15,503 nt of DNA from a virus (Duplodnaviria > Heunggongvirae > Uroviricota > Caudoviricetes). The translations under genes were made by a program, and so were the position numbers. The notes under the pieces are model-generated. The model worked only from the letters and a program-made list of their open reading frames with translations. It was not told the DNA's origin and made no database searches. Where the stretch lies: positions 1 through 15,503 of IMG/VR virus record IMGVR_UViG_2579778894_000014, one strand, 5' to 3'. Shown piece after piece: positions 1 through 7,384 of this stretch (position 1 is the stretch's first letter; every line of letters starts with the position of its first letter).

Positions 1-189
1 ATCAATATTACGCGGGTCCGTTGTCATGCCCCAGTCGATGATGAACTGAGCCGGATTGGTTCGGTAAAACTGCTTCAATACGGGCAATATTTCAGGATTC
101 TGGCGAATGCGCTGTAGGCGTTCCATCCGCCATTCAAAAACCATCTGGTAATCAGGATGTTTAAAATCGAAGGGGAATGGTAACGGCAT
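1..189 (-). CDS. Phage terminase large subunit, N-terminal fragment (gene continues beyond the left edge)
   Basis: Minus-strand ORF running off the window edge. ATG at 189-187 lies 3 nt after the small-terminase stop. Translation starts [63 protein letters not shown]. Call rests mainly on position directly downstream of terS; only 63 aa are visible. Confidence 0.5.
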   Translation of the reverse strand, partial: MPLPFPFDFKHPDYQMVFEWRMERLQRIRQNPEILPVLKQFYRTNPAQFIIDWGMTTDPRNID

Positions 190-191
190 AC

Positions 192-764
192 TTAGCCCAT
201 CATTTTTCTATACGCCTCTGCAGCCTGCTCCGGCGTTAAGTTGGTAATTTCTGTTCTGACGGGTCCTCCATCAGCGCCAGTCACTTCATTTTTGACGTTG
301 TCTTTAAACGCCTGAACAGAAACATGACGCCCAAGCAACTCAAGGTTTTTAACCTTATCAGGCCACTTAATCTTTTTAAGGATCCCGACCATTTCTCTGT
401 CATCTCCTCGCCCCTCAAACATTTCAGCGAGGTTAAATCCACTCAGGTACCGACGCCACGATTCCGGCCACGCAGACAGAGGCTTAATACTTAAATCGTC
501 CTCCAGGATGTCAGCCACATCGAGCCTGTCGATCTCAACCAGTCGCATCAGCACATAATTCGCATCAATGCCCAGTTGATCAATACGCTCCTGCTTTAGC
601 TCGTTAATACGGGCGCGTATCTCAGGTTTACCGTATAGTTCAGCCCCCGTAACATGTGCTCGACTGGAGACGTAGCCTGCGCGAATAGCTGCTTGTGTAG
701 CATTCAGATCGACAAGAAACTCGCGACAAAACACCTCGTGTTTTGCTTTCAGCTTCTTAGTCAT
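192..764 (-). CDS. Phage terminase small subunit (Terminase_2 / P27-like family)
   Basis: 190-aa ORF. The N-terminus [31 protein letters not shown] matches the conserved DNA-binding N-terminal region of small terminase subunits as I recall them. Located between the lysis cassette and the putative large terminase. Confidence 0.8.
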   Translation of the reverse strand: MTKKLKAKHEVFCREFLVDLNATQAAIRAGYVSSRAHVTGAELYGKPEIRARINELKQERIDQLGIDANYVLMRLVEIDRLDVADILEDDLSIKPLSAWPESWRRYLSGFNLAEMFEGRGDDREMVGILKKIKWPDKVKNLELLGRHVSVQAFKDNVKNEVTGADGGPVRTEITNLTPEQAAEAYRKMMG

Positions 765-825
765 TTTATTTTCCAGTTATCAGGTCATTATCGAAGCCCC
801 TCCTGGAAGAGCTTCTGTAATGCTA

Positions 826-1350
826 TTACCGGGACTGTTCTATTTGTCGGACACCAGCCAACTGGTTATTCGCCTTCTCGATGGCAGCCAACAATGGGTT
901 AATCCACAGAACAGCCTGGCAATATGTCAACGTTCTGGTGGTAGTGGCACGATCACCGGCTGAGTCAATGTCCCCGGAATCGGCGTGCAATGCGCTGGCG
1001 CGTAAACGGTTCGCGTAGTTGAGCAACCCGACAGCAATATCAACAGGAACAGGGAAATCACAGTTCTTTTCACGGAGCAGAACCTCACGGTATTTGATGA
1101 CTGTCTTCTCGTGACCGATGTCGACCAGAGAATTTAATCGGCTTGCGTTTTCTGCTATCTGGTTAAAACGATTGAAGTTTAATGCCTGATTAGCTATCAC
1201 TTTCCCTTGATATTCAGCTTCACCTTCCGCTTTATCAGCCCGCAACTTTTCTGCCTGATACTTGCTGTGGTAATGGTTTGCAGACCAGACGAGCGCCCCA
1301 AAGGCAGAGAAGAAAAATGCCGCGATGACAATCTTATAAGTCAGCTTCAT
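826..1350 (-). CDS. Rz: Rz-like i-spanin (lysis protein)
   Basis: 174 aa with an N-terminal transmembrane segment (KIVIAAFFFSAFGALVW) followed by WSANHY, resembling the start of lambda Rz, then a charged/helical periplasmic region. Start codon overlaps the 3' end of the endolysin gene by 17 nt, and a lipoprotein ORF is embedded in the +1 frame, as in lambda. Confidence 0.75.
   Translation of the reverse strand: MKLTYKIVIAAFFFSAFGALVWSANHYHSKYQAEKLRADKAEGEAEYQGKVIANQALNFNRFNQIAENASRLNSLVDIGHEKTVIKYREVLLREKNCDFPVPVDIAVGLLNYANRLRASALHADSGDIDSAGDRATTTRTLTYCQAVLWINPLLAAIEKANNQLAGVRQIEQSR
927..1073 (-). CDS. Rz1: Rz1-like o-spanin (outer-membrane lipoprotein) embedded in +1 frame of Rz
   Basis: Not in the ORF track (under 60 aa). 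Manual translation of the minus strand from GTG at 1073 gives MKRTVISLFLLILLSGCSTTRTVYAPAHCTPIPGTLTQPVIVPLPPER (48 aa), ending at TGA 929-927. It has a basic n-region, hydrophobic core, lipobox LSGC and a Pro-rich mature part with a second Cys. GAGG lies 9 nt upstream. Start codon choice (GTG) is uncertain. Confidence 0.55.
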   Translation of the reverse strand: MKRTVISLFLLILLSGCSTTRTVYAPAHCTPIPGTLTQPVIVPLPPER

Positions 1351-1810
1351 TTACCACCCCACCAGCATCTTTAAACCTGGAAATCAGGTCACCGATTTTA
1401 TGTTCATACTGACCGTAACCTGCACCAGGTAACGACGCCCAGATATTGCTGCAACGGTCGATTGCCTGACGAATATCGCCACGGTCAATCATCGGTAAAG
1501 CGCCACGCTCTTTAATCTGCTGCAGCGCCACAGCGTCCTGACTTTCTGGCGAAAAATCTTTCAGGCCAAGCTGCTTACAGTAGGCATCCCACCAGCGTGA
1601 AAGAAGCTGATACCGGCCTGCGGCTGTTGATTTAAGCTTCGGGTTTAGCGTGACAAGTTTGCGAGGGTGATCGGAGTAATCAGTGAACAACTCACCTCCG
1701 ACGATAACGTCATAACCGTGATTACGTGTCGGTTGTCGCCCGTTATCCGTTCCTTCTGACCATGCCACCATATCCAGGAAAGCTTTACGTTGGGAATTTA
1801 GTGTCTGCAT
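1334..1810 (-). CDS. R: Endolysin, lambda R-type lytic transglycosylase
   Basis: 158 aa, the same length as lambda R and nearly identical to it as I recall the lambda sequence (QRKAFLDM.AWSEGTDNGRQ.TRNHGYDVIVGGELFTDYSDHPRKLVTLNPKLKST.AGRYQLLSRWWDAY.KQLGLKDFSP.SQDAVALQQIKERGALPMIDRGDIRQAIDRCSNIWASLPGAGYGQ). GGAG Shine-Dalgarno 7 nt upstream. Follows the holin gene with a 3-nt gap. Confidence 0.95.
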   Translation of the reverse strand: MQTLNSQRKAFLDMVAWSEGTDNGRQPTRNHGYDVIVGGELFTDYSDHPRKLVTLNPKLKSTAAGRYQLLSRWWDAYCKQLGLKDFSPESQDAVALQQIKERGALPMIDRGDIRQAIDRCSNIWASLPGAGYGQYEHKIGDLISRFKDAGGVVNEADL

Positions 1811-1813
1811 GAA

Positions 1814-2155
1814 TTACTCCTTAGAGCCACCAAACTTGTTACCGATTACTCGCATTGCAGCCCCACGAATAGCATCGACACCGATCAGCCCAACACCACC
1901 ACCAATGGCAACAGAAAGCGATTTAGGCCATCCGACATACTCAAGAGCGGATGCAAAAGTCAGCGTCAGAGCACCACAGAGCAAAATCTCAAGCGTTTTT
2001 CGTTTCCAGCCGCCGCCACCGCCAAAATAGGCAATGCGCAAGCCAGCCATAACAATTGACATAACCACTGCGCCCAACGGCGTATCTCCACGCCACCAAC
2101 TTTGTAAGAGTTCCAGTAAGTCAGGCCAGGAATGAGGAGCATTGTGCATTTTCAT
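1814..2155 (-). CDS. Holin with MKM dual-start motif
   Basis: The track ORF starts at 2173, but GGAGGT (complement of 2162-2167) lies 6 nt upstream of the ATG at 2155, and the protein then begins MKM with a second in-frame ATG at 2149, the same dual-start arrangement as lambda S. The product has hydrophobic TM segments, Gly-rich stretches and a charged C-terminus, and directly precedes the endolysin. The sequence is not lambda S itself. Confidence 0.75.
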   Translation of the reverse strand: MKMHNAPHSWPDLLELLQSWWRGDTPLGAVVMSIVMAGLRIAYFGGGGGWKRKTLEILLCGALTLTFASALEYVGWPKSLSVAIGGGVGLIGVDAIRGAAMRVIGNKFGGSKE

Positions 2156-2255
2156 ACTTCCCACCTCCGCCATTACGGGGTGTTGTTGAAAGGCGGGCCC
2201 TGCGTATACGCCCGTAGGATTGGGTTATGAGCCGTCCTTCGGTGGGCCCTGAATA

Positions 2256-2279
2256 CAAAAAAAGTTCGCCATAGCGAAC
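2256..2279 (-). terminator. Intrinsic terminator (candidate tR'-like) about 100 nt upstream of holin
   Basis: Read on the minus strand: GTTCGC-TATG-GCGAAC (6-bp perfect stem, 4-nt loop) followed by TTTTTTT. On the plus strand this is A7 at 2257-2263 then the hairpin at 2264-2279. Confidence 0.5.
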
Positions 2280-2506
2280 CTTGTTAAATTTGTTAAAAAA
2301 GGAGGTTATTTAACATAATGTACGTTATAGGAACCACACGATCCCCGCTCGCAATAGATTTGCGATGAAAGGCCTATTTAATCAACTTAAGTGGTCCAGA
2401 ATGACGAAATTCGAGTGAATAAAAGGTGCATAAAAAAGGGCAAAAACTGCATAGCGTTTTTTCGCAGCGAAAGCCCTGTTTTATTAACTTTTCCCCAGAA
2501 TGGGGC

Positions 2507-2533
2507 AATAAAAAAGGCCCCCTTGCGGAAGCC
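2507..2533 (-). terminator. Intrinsic terminator downstream of the 113-aa ORF
   Basis: Read on the minus strand: GGCTTCC-GCAA-GGGGGCC (7-bp stem including two G-U pairs, GNRA-type loop) followed by TTTTTTATT. Confidence 0.45.
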
Positions 2534-2600
2534 TCTTCGTGATGAACTGTTTTCAACAGATATCAGGCTAATCGGCTTTTTGGAATTCCACAACTATTTT

Positions 2601-2942
2601 TTATCTTACCTTGATGCCTGATGCCGTCAGATGTTTACGACAGTCCTGAATACCTTCGTTATAACCCGCATCGTAGAAGCTATCCGGCTTTGCCTTCAGC
2701 GCAGGAAGCGTAACGCTGGTAGCTCTTCGTTCGGCCAGAACACCTGCCTGAAAGAGTGTCCACATCAACTGAACTGCTGAATCACAGTAAGTAACATCTT
2801 CACTGTACAATTCTCGTTCAATCCTGATGCCAAGTTGAGCCTTCATTGATGCGCCAATATTACCTTTGACCTGCAACGACAGGTCTGGGTACCTCTGTTC
2901 CATGAAGCTTTCAAATCTGTTGCGAACGCTGATCAGAGCCAT
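2601..2942 (-). CDS. Hypothetical protein in the Q-to-lysis gap
   Basis: 113-aa ORF starting 31 nt after the Q stop, with a GGGAA-type SD a few nt upstream. No signal peptide and no family recognised by me. Plausible protein composition. Confidence 0.6.
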   Translation of the reverse strand: MALISVRNRFESFMEQRYPDLSLQVKGNIGASMKAQLGIRIERELYSEDVTYCDSAVQLMWTLFQAGVLAERRATSVTLPALKAKPDSFYDAGYNEGIQDCRKHLTASGIKVR

Positions 2943-2973
2943 CTGGTTCCCTTACGTGATTGATTGCTGGATA

Positions 2974-3396
2974 TTATGCCGCCGAGCAGCTCCTACGCAA
3001 AGTCCTGATAGCCTGAGGCTTTGACTGAACCGACTGATCCATTTCGAGCACCACATCCAGCATGGCTAAGCAACCGTCAATAAATCCCTCTGCCGCCTGA
3101 AGCCTCTTCAGAACGTGGGTGTGAGATACGCCGAGCTTCTCACCCATCGCCCGCACGGGCATGGCCTGGACGTAATGCCACTCAAGGAGCGTGCACAGAT
3201 ACGGATCTTTTTTCTTCAGGCAGCTCATAGCGGAGTTGATGATAAGACCGTCATTGTCACTGCATTTCAGCCTTCCAGACTGCGTCGCGGGTAGCAGATT
3301 CTTAAACCCGGCTGCAACAGGAGGAAAGTAGACGCTACCACCTTCACTCGCTGCCCAGCCACCCCAGCGCTCTAAAACCTGTTGAATATTACGCAT
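2974..3396 (-). CDS. Q: Late-gene antitermination protein Q (Phage_antitermQ family)
   Basis: 140 aa. N-terminus MRNIQQVLERWGGWAA...AAGFK and later KRLQAAEGFIDGCLAMLD resemble E. coli prophage Q proteins (QuuD-like) as I recall them. GAGGT SD upstream. Lies upstream of and co-directional with the lysis and packaging genes. Confidence 0.8.
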   Translation of the reverse strand: MRNIQQVLERWGGWAASEGGSVYFPPVAAGFKNLLPATQSGRLKCSDNDGLIINSAMSCLKKKDPYLCTLLEWHYVQAMPVRAMGEKLGVSHTHVLKRLQAAEGFIDGCLAMLDVVLEMDQSVQSKPQAIRTLRRSCSAA

Positions 3397-3441
3397 AGCT
3401 CTGACCTCTACGTTTTGCTACGTTTGGAAATTTTCTACTAC

Positions 3442-3672
3442 TCAATACTCGTTGAATGTCAGGTGGCCGCTAACACTGACGTTTGGCCCGTCAGATAACA
3501 CAAGCTGGAAATTGTCGTCGCAAACAGAGCAGCCGAGGTCAATAACTACCGTTTTGTCGTGTTTATGCGCTCGCATGGCGACATCGCGAATAAACACGCT
3601 GTTACTAGCGCAGCGTGGGCAGGTAATTTCGTTATTTCCGTCGATATGATTTTTTAATCCTGAAACTTTCAT
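3442..3672 (-). CDS. Small zinc-ribbon protein (CxxC...CxxC), function unknown
   Basis: 76-aa ORF with GGAG SD 8 nt upstream of the ATG at 3672. Paired cysteine motifs CPRC and CSVC. Sits between the iteron array and Q. Confidence 0.6.
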   Translation of the reverse strand: MKVSGLKNHIDGNNEITCPRCASNSVFIRDVAMRAHKHDKTVVIDLGCSVCDDNFQLVLSDGPNVSVSGHLTFNEY

Positions 3673-3721
3673 GTTGTTTACTCCAGCTAGTTATTTGCAA
3701 ATATTTGCAAGTTAATTTCCG

Positions 3722-3987
3722 GGTGACGGCTAGGTGACGCGTAATTACATATCCGTCACCTGCTGCAAAGCGCGCCATATAAAGCCTGAAGATGTTTTAG
3801 GTGACAGGTGACGGTTGATTTTAGTTCTATATATATATAAGCGATCGTATAATACCTAAAATACACACTCTCGCGTATATAGTTTTAAATTCTGCCGTCA
3901 CCTGTCACCTTTAGCACATTCCCCATTGTTTTATATATACTTTTTAAGGTGACGCTTAAGCGTTTTGCCGTCACCTAGCCGTCACCT
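3722..3987. repeat. Mirror-symmetric iteron array (10 GGTGAC/GTCACC hexamers) flanking an AT-rich core; candidate replication origin
   Basis: GGTGAC at 3722, 3733, 3800, 3807, 3948; GTCACC at 3755, 3897, 3904, 3970, 3981. Outer pairs are spaced 11 bp, inner pairs 7 bp, and all positions are mirror-symmetric about ~3854. The outer arms are near-perfect inverted repeats (GGTGACGGCTAGGTGACG). The centre 3814-3896 is AT-rich with a TATATATATA run. TTGCAA boxes at 3695-3710 and 4002-4017 flank the array. It lies immediately 3' of the replication-protein gene. Confidence 0.6.
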
Positions 3988-3989
3988 TT

Positions 3990-6251
3990 TTACAATCCAG
4001 ATTGCAAAATTTCGCAAGATTTATATATTTCGCGCAATTCTTCGTTGCTGAAATCGTTATTTTTTACAAGAATCCAAATCCTATATACAAACCCGTCAAT
4101 TTTTACGCGTACGGGTTCCCGCTTTGTTCTTTCTTTCAAAATGCGAGTAATATGCTTCTGGTTAATTTCTACATCCATTCCTGCTTCTGCCAGTATTGCG
4201 TTAACAATTTGTTGATAAGTCATTGCTGGCACAGGCGGATTATCCAGGATTTCAATAAGAGCAGCCTCCACATCGCTCTTATTGCTTTCAATCATCAGAA
4301 GGCGTTCTTTCGTCTCGGGGGCGCGCTGCCAGTTAAAGCGAGACAGGTCAACGCCCATTAGATACCAGTACACCTGGGCGATAAAGTCGCTGTCGCTTAG
4401 CGCACCGTACAGGCTGGCGTAATGCTCTTCAGTTGCGGCGAAGTCAGGGCCCCCCAGCACAGCTATACGTCGGTCTTCCTCTGGCAGCGCCAGCGCATCA
4501 AAGTGGTTGGTGTAGAACAGAAAGCCGGTGTATATATCCATCGTTTTTTTGCTGCCATATTTGCGGTTCACTTCAAACCGTGGTTCTGTCAGCACGTCAC
4601 GGATCTTATCGTTCACCTCATACCGCTTATCGTTTTCGCGCACCTCGTCAATGGTGCATAGAAGTGTATTGTACAGATAGTCATGGAACTGGTTATCGCA
4701 CAGGATCTTCATGCGAGTACGAGCACAGTTCCACGGGCCAAGCACGCGCTCCATTAACTGACTGACCCATCCTCTGCCCGTACCATGTGCGGTAGCCACA
4801 TGCAGAATAGAAATCGGGCATCGACGCTCCGGACGCTGAACCATCCACCCCAGACGGGCGATGAAAAACTCGCGCTGCCAGGCATCAGGTACCAGATACG
4901 CCATATGATTAAGGAACGTGGACACCTTACTTGTATCCGCTGTACGTGGATGCTCAGGCATATAAAATTCGTTTATCTCAAACCGCCCGTCGAAACGCTC
5001 GATAATACGTCCCGCACCGGGCTTATAGCCTGTCGTCTCAGCAATCTTCTTATGCCGATGCTCTATCCACCGTTTGGTTGCGGGAGTTGGTTGTCCTTTC
5101 CCTTCTGGCGGGAACTGGTAAGGCGCCATCAGGTTTTTGAACGACTTCATATCCATCATGCACTGATATGGCGGTCGGCTAAGATCACATACCTGGTCAC
5201 CCTCGATGACGTAGATAAAGCGTTCCAGAAAATGAGCTGTCATATCTGTATTAATATCGGTAAATTCAGGCTTATCGCCATCTTCAGCCACCGTGAGATC
5301 TTCGAACAGGGATTGCGTATAGCCGTAGCCTTCCAGCCAGTCGGCATCAGTAAGCCCCGCATCGGTGTTGTGCATGCTTTTAAAATGTCCCTGTTCAAAT
5401 CCCCCCGTCCCTTTTGGGAAATACTTAATGGATGTTTCGCTGCAACCGTTGCTGTATTCTGACTCATCCCGAAACGGTTTCAGATTGCGGGAACCATCAG
5501 AGCTGACTGACAGAGTCCACCCGTTCGCGTCAAGCCAGTCGGCGACATCATCTGTCGCGGAAGGATCAACACAGGAAAGGTCACGCTGACGTCCTGCACC
5601 TGCGGTATAGCTGTCTTTCACGGGTAAGTTATCCGCCAGACGCTGCCACAGGCTTTCGAGCTGTTCAGATGTAATTTTCAGAGGTTCGCCGGGCAAACCG
5701 CTGTCCCACTGAATACGTTCGCCTGCCGGATGGGTACCACAAGCCACAAACTGCTGGCCCTTAGCGAGCAGCTCTATTTGTTTGTTTTCGCCTTCCAGGC
5801 GGTGACCACGTTTACGGTAGTCGCCATCAACAGCAATCAGGTACAGGCATTTATGACTGTCAGCCCGCCAGCGACGTGGCGGAAGTTCCCCCAGGCATGA
5901 TAGGATAATATTGCGTACGATCTCCTGCATCCCGGCGTCATTGATATCGCAGTCCAGAGCCACCACCCCGTCGCCAGTACGAACGCAAATACCGTAATCG
6001 GGTTCGTTCGACCACCGGGCAAAATCGTTTTCCGTAACAACATAGTTAGCCCAGTCGGGGATACCAACAACCTTACGTTGGCCATTGTAGCGACTGGGGG
6101 TTTTGCCGAAATTATGAGACAGCTTGCTATTAGGCGACAGTTCTGCACAGGGATTGGACACCACAGGTAAAAGCCTGTCTGTCATCCCCAACACCAGATC
6201 GAAGTAGAACCACTCATCGGGCGTAGCTCCCCATGGTTTGTTATCAGACAT
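3990..6251 (-). CDS. Replication protein, primase-like (primase-polymerase-type N-terminal region; P4 alpha-like size and context)
   Basis: 753-aa ORF whose start overlaps the stop of the Cro-like gene, suggesting translational coupling. The N-terminal region contains VVALDCDI (a DxD-type catalytic-like motif) and GTHPAG. hhhhDE-like TIDEV is present in the C-terminal half. I could not find a canonical Walker A GxxxxGK[ST], so helicase activity is not supported from sequence. Iteron array lies immediately downstream. Confidence 0.65.
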   Translation of the reverse strand: MSDNKPWGATPDEWFYFDLVLGMTDRLLPVVSNPCAELSPNSKLSHNFGKTPSRYNGQRKVVGIPDWANYVVTENDFARWSNEPDYGICVRTGDGVVALDCDINDAGMQEIVRNIILSCLGELPPRRWRADSHKCLYLIAVDGDYRKRGHRLEGENKQIELLAKGQQFVACGTHPAGERIQWDSGLPGEPLKITSEQLESLWQRLADNLPVKDSYTAGAGRQRDLSCVDPSATDDVADWLDANGWTLSVSSDGSRNLKPFRDESEYSNGCSETSIKYFPKGTGGFEQGHFKSMHNTDAGLTDADWLEGYGYTQSLFEDLTVAEDGDKPEFTDINTDMTAHFLERFIYVIEGDQVCDLSRPPYQCMMDMKSFKNLMAPYQFPPEGKGQPTPATKRWIEHRHKKIAETTGYKPGAGRIIERFDGRFEINEFYMPEHPRTADTSKVSTFLNHMAYLVPDAWQREFFIARLGWMVQRPERRCPISILHVATAHGTGRGWVSQLMERVLGPWNCARTRMKILCDNQFHDYLYNTLLCTIDEVRENDKRYEVNDKIRDVLTEPRFEVNRKYGSKKTMDIYTGFLFYTNHFDALALPEEDRRIAVLGGPDFAATEEHYASLYGALSDSDFIAQVYWYLMGVDLSRFNWQRAPETKERLLMIESNKSDVEAALIEILDNPPVPAMTYQQIVNAILAEAGMDVEINQKHITRILKERTKREPVRVKIDGFVYRIWILVKNNDFSNEELREIYKSCEILQSGL

Positions 6252-6254
6252 GGG

Positions 6255-6455
6255 TTACGCCTTTTGTCTAGCTGTCACTTCCTGAAAAAGCTTTTCTATC
6301 GCACGTACTGTAGAAAAGCGAGGGTCAGAATGAACCCCGGTGAGAAGCCGACTAATAGAAGACTGCTTCACGCCTGCAATTTCGGCAATTTGGTTTTGGG
6401 TATACCCTGAATCAATCAAGCTTTTGACCATCTCTTGTGGTGTTAGTCCGGACAT
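6255..6455 (-). CDS. Cro-like HTH (XRE-family) DNA-binding protein
   Basis: 66 aa with helix-turn-helix signature QNQIAEIAGVKQSSISRLL. GGAGA SD 7 nt upstream. Divergent from the CI-type repressor across a 141-bp region and first gene of the rightward replication operon. Confidence 0.75.
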   Translation of the reverse strand: MSGLTPQEMVKSLIDSGYTQNQIAEIAGVKQSSISRLLTGVHSDPRFSTVRAIEKLFQEVTARQKA

Positions 6456-6596
6456 ATTTAAGTCTCCACTTTCGTCTATAGCGCAAATTTATACGAAAAC
6501 GGATTATTCAGCAATACAGCAATTCTATATCATCCTGTATTAAAATATCCGATAACGCATAATCACCGTCCCTGTATACAACATGGATGAATCCAA
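6456..6596. promoter_or_regulatory. Divergent operator/promoter region of the immunity switch (OR-like)
   Basis: 141-bp AT-rich region between the divergent cro-like and cI genes. Contains ATAACGCATAAT at 6552-6563, a motif repeated twice at the promoter downstream of cI. Candidate -10 TATAAA (complement of 6488-6493) and -35 TTGCTG (complement of 6509-6514) for the cro-side promoter, but spacing is only 15 bp, so the exact promoter is uncertain. Confidence 0.55.
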
Positions 6597-7271
6597 ATGA
6601 TTGATACTACCGATATCCTTTCTCAAAACATCAAGTACCTGATGGACAAAACCAAGATAAGCTCGATAACTGAGCTGGCACGTCGGTTACAGCTGAACCA
6701 ACCAACGCTACACAGGCTGGTATCAGGAGAGGTGAAAGATCCGAAATACGCAACGTTAAAGCAGATCGCCGACTACTTCCACGTGTCACCAATAGACCTG
6801 GCAGAAAGGAGCCTTCAAGAAATGGAGAAAGAGGACGCGACAGGTATAAAAACGTATATTTCTCTTAGGTTTAATAAAGTACCTGTTTTGGGAAACACTC
6901 AGCTAGGCGTTGGAGGACTTTGGAGCGACACCCAATATTCAGTAGGTAGCAGTGATGGTTTCATATACTGGCCGACAAAGGATGAAGATGCATACGCCCT
7001 GAAATGTGTTGGTGATTCAATGATGCCTAGAATCAAAGAGGGTGAGTTCGTAATCGTCGAACCCAACCACGACTACACTCCTGGTGATGAAGTACTTGTG
7101 GTTACCCGGGACGGTGAGGTCATGGTTAAAACCTTCTTGTTCGAACGCGATGGCCTGTTCCATCTAATATCTGTAAATGAAGATCATCCACCAGTCAGAG
7201 TACCACGCGAAAACATTGAAAAAATCCATTACGTGGCGGGGATCGCCAAATCCGCGCTACGCATGTACTAA
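6597..7271 (+). CDS. cI: CI-type prophage repressor (N-terminal HTH plus C-terminal LexA-like S24 peptidase domain)
   Basis: 224 aa. N-terminal HTH (ISSITELARRLQLNQPTLHRL). C-terminal CVGDSMMPRIKEGEFVIV with the GDSM serine nucleophile and a downstream VMVKTF lysine, typical of LexA/CI autocleaving repressors. Confidence 0.85.
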   Translation: MIDTTDILSQNIKYLMDKTKISSITELARRLQLNQPTLHRLVSGEVKDPKYATLKQIADYFHVSPIDLAERSLQEMEKEDATGIKTYISLRFNKVPVLGNTQLGVGGLWSDTQYSVGSSDGFIYWPTKDEDAYALKCVGDSMMPRIKEGEFVIVEPNHDYTPGDEVLVVTRDGEVMVKTFLFERDGLFHLISVNEDHPPVRVPRENIEKIHYVAGIAKSALRMY

Positions 7272-7301
7272 CCTTTACAGTCTGATAACTTACCTCTGAT
7301 C

Positions 7302-7335
7302 AAACCGCTCTCCACAAGGGCGGTTTTCTTATTTG
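7302..7335 (+). terminator. Intrinsic terminator after cI
   Basis: AAACCGC (7302-7308), 11-nt loop, GCGGTTT (7320-7326), followed by TCTTATTT. Confidence 0.5.
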
Positions 7336-7355
7336 CAAAATAATTCATTTTCGTA

Positions 7356-7384
7356 TTGACACAAAATCCCATAACGCATATAAA
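7356..7384 (+). promoter_or_regulatory. Strong sigma70-type promoter, pL-like early-left promoter, overlapped by operator-like repeats
   Basis: TTGACA (7356-7361), 17-bp spacer, TATAAA (7379-7384). ATAACGCATA (7371-7380) overlaps the spacer and -10, and ATACCGCATAAT (7389-7400) sits just downstream. Confidence 0.5.

Noticed and set aside
654-902. 82-aa plus-strand ORF overlapping terS and the terS-Rz junction
   Set aside because: Antisense to two supported late genes; no RBS; Cys/Ser-rich chance frame.
2374-2621. Three overlapping 60-76-aa ORFs in the Q-to-holin intergenic region, and a 17-aa peptide frame with a strong AAGGAGGT SD at 2298-2305 and ATG at 2318
   Set aside because: The small ORFs overlap each other and the predicted terminators. 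The 17-aa frame is on the strand opposite to late transcription and is too short to call; the SD match is probably coincidental.
3452-3649. 65-aa plus-strand ORF inside the zinc-ribbon gene
   Set aside because: Antisense to an ORF with a clear SD and paired CxxC motifs; no start signals.
4002-5589. Plus-strand ORFs of 74-225 aa antisense to the replication-protein gene, and the minus-strand out-of-frame ORFs at 5240-5467 and 5837-6148
   Set aside because: All lie entirely inside the well-supported 753-aa gene in other frames or on the opposite strand, and lack start-site signals. Typical shadow ORFs.
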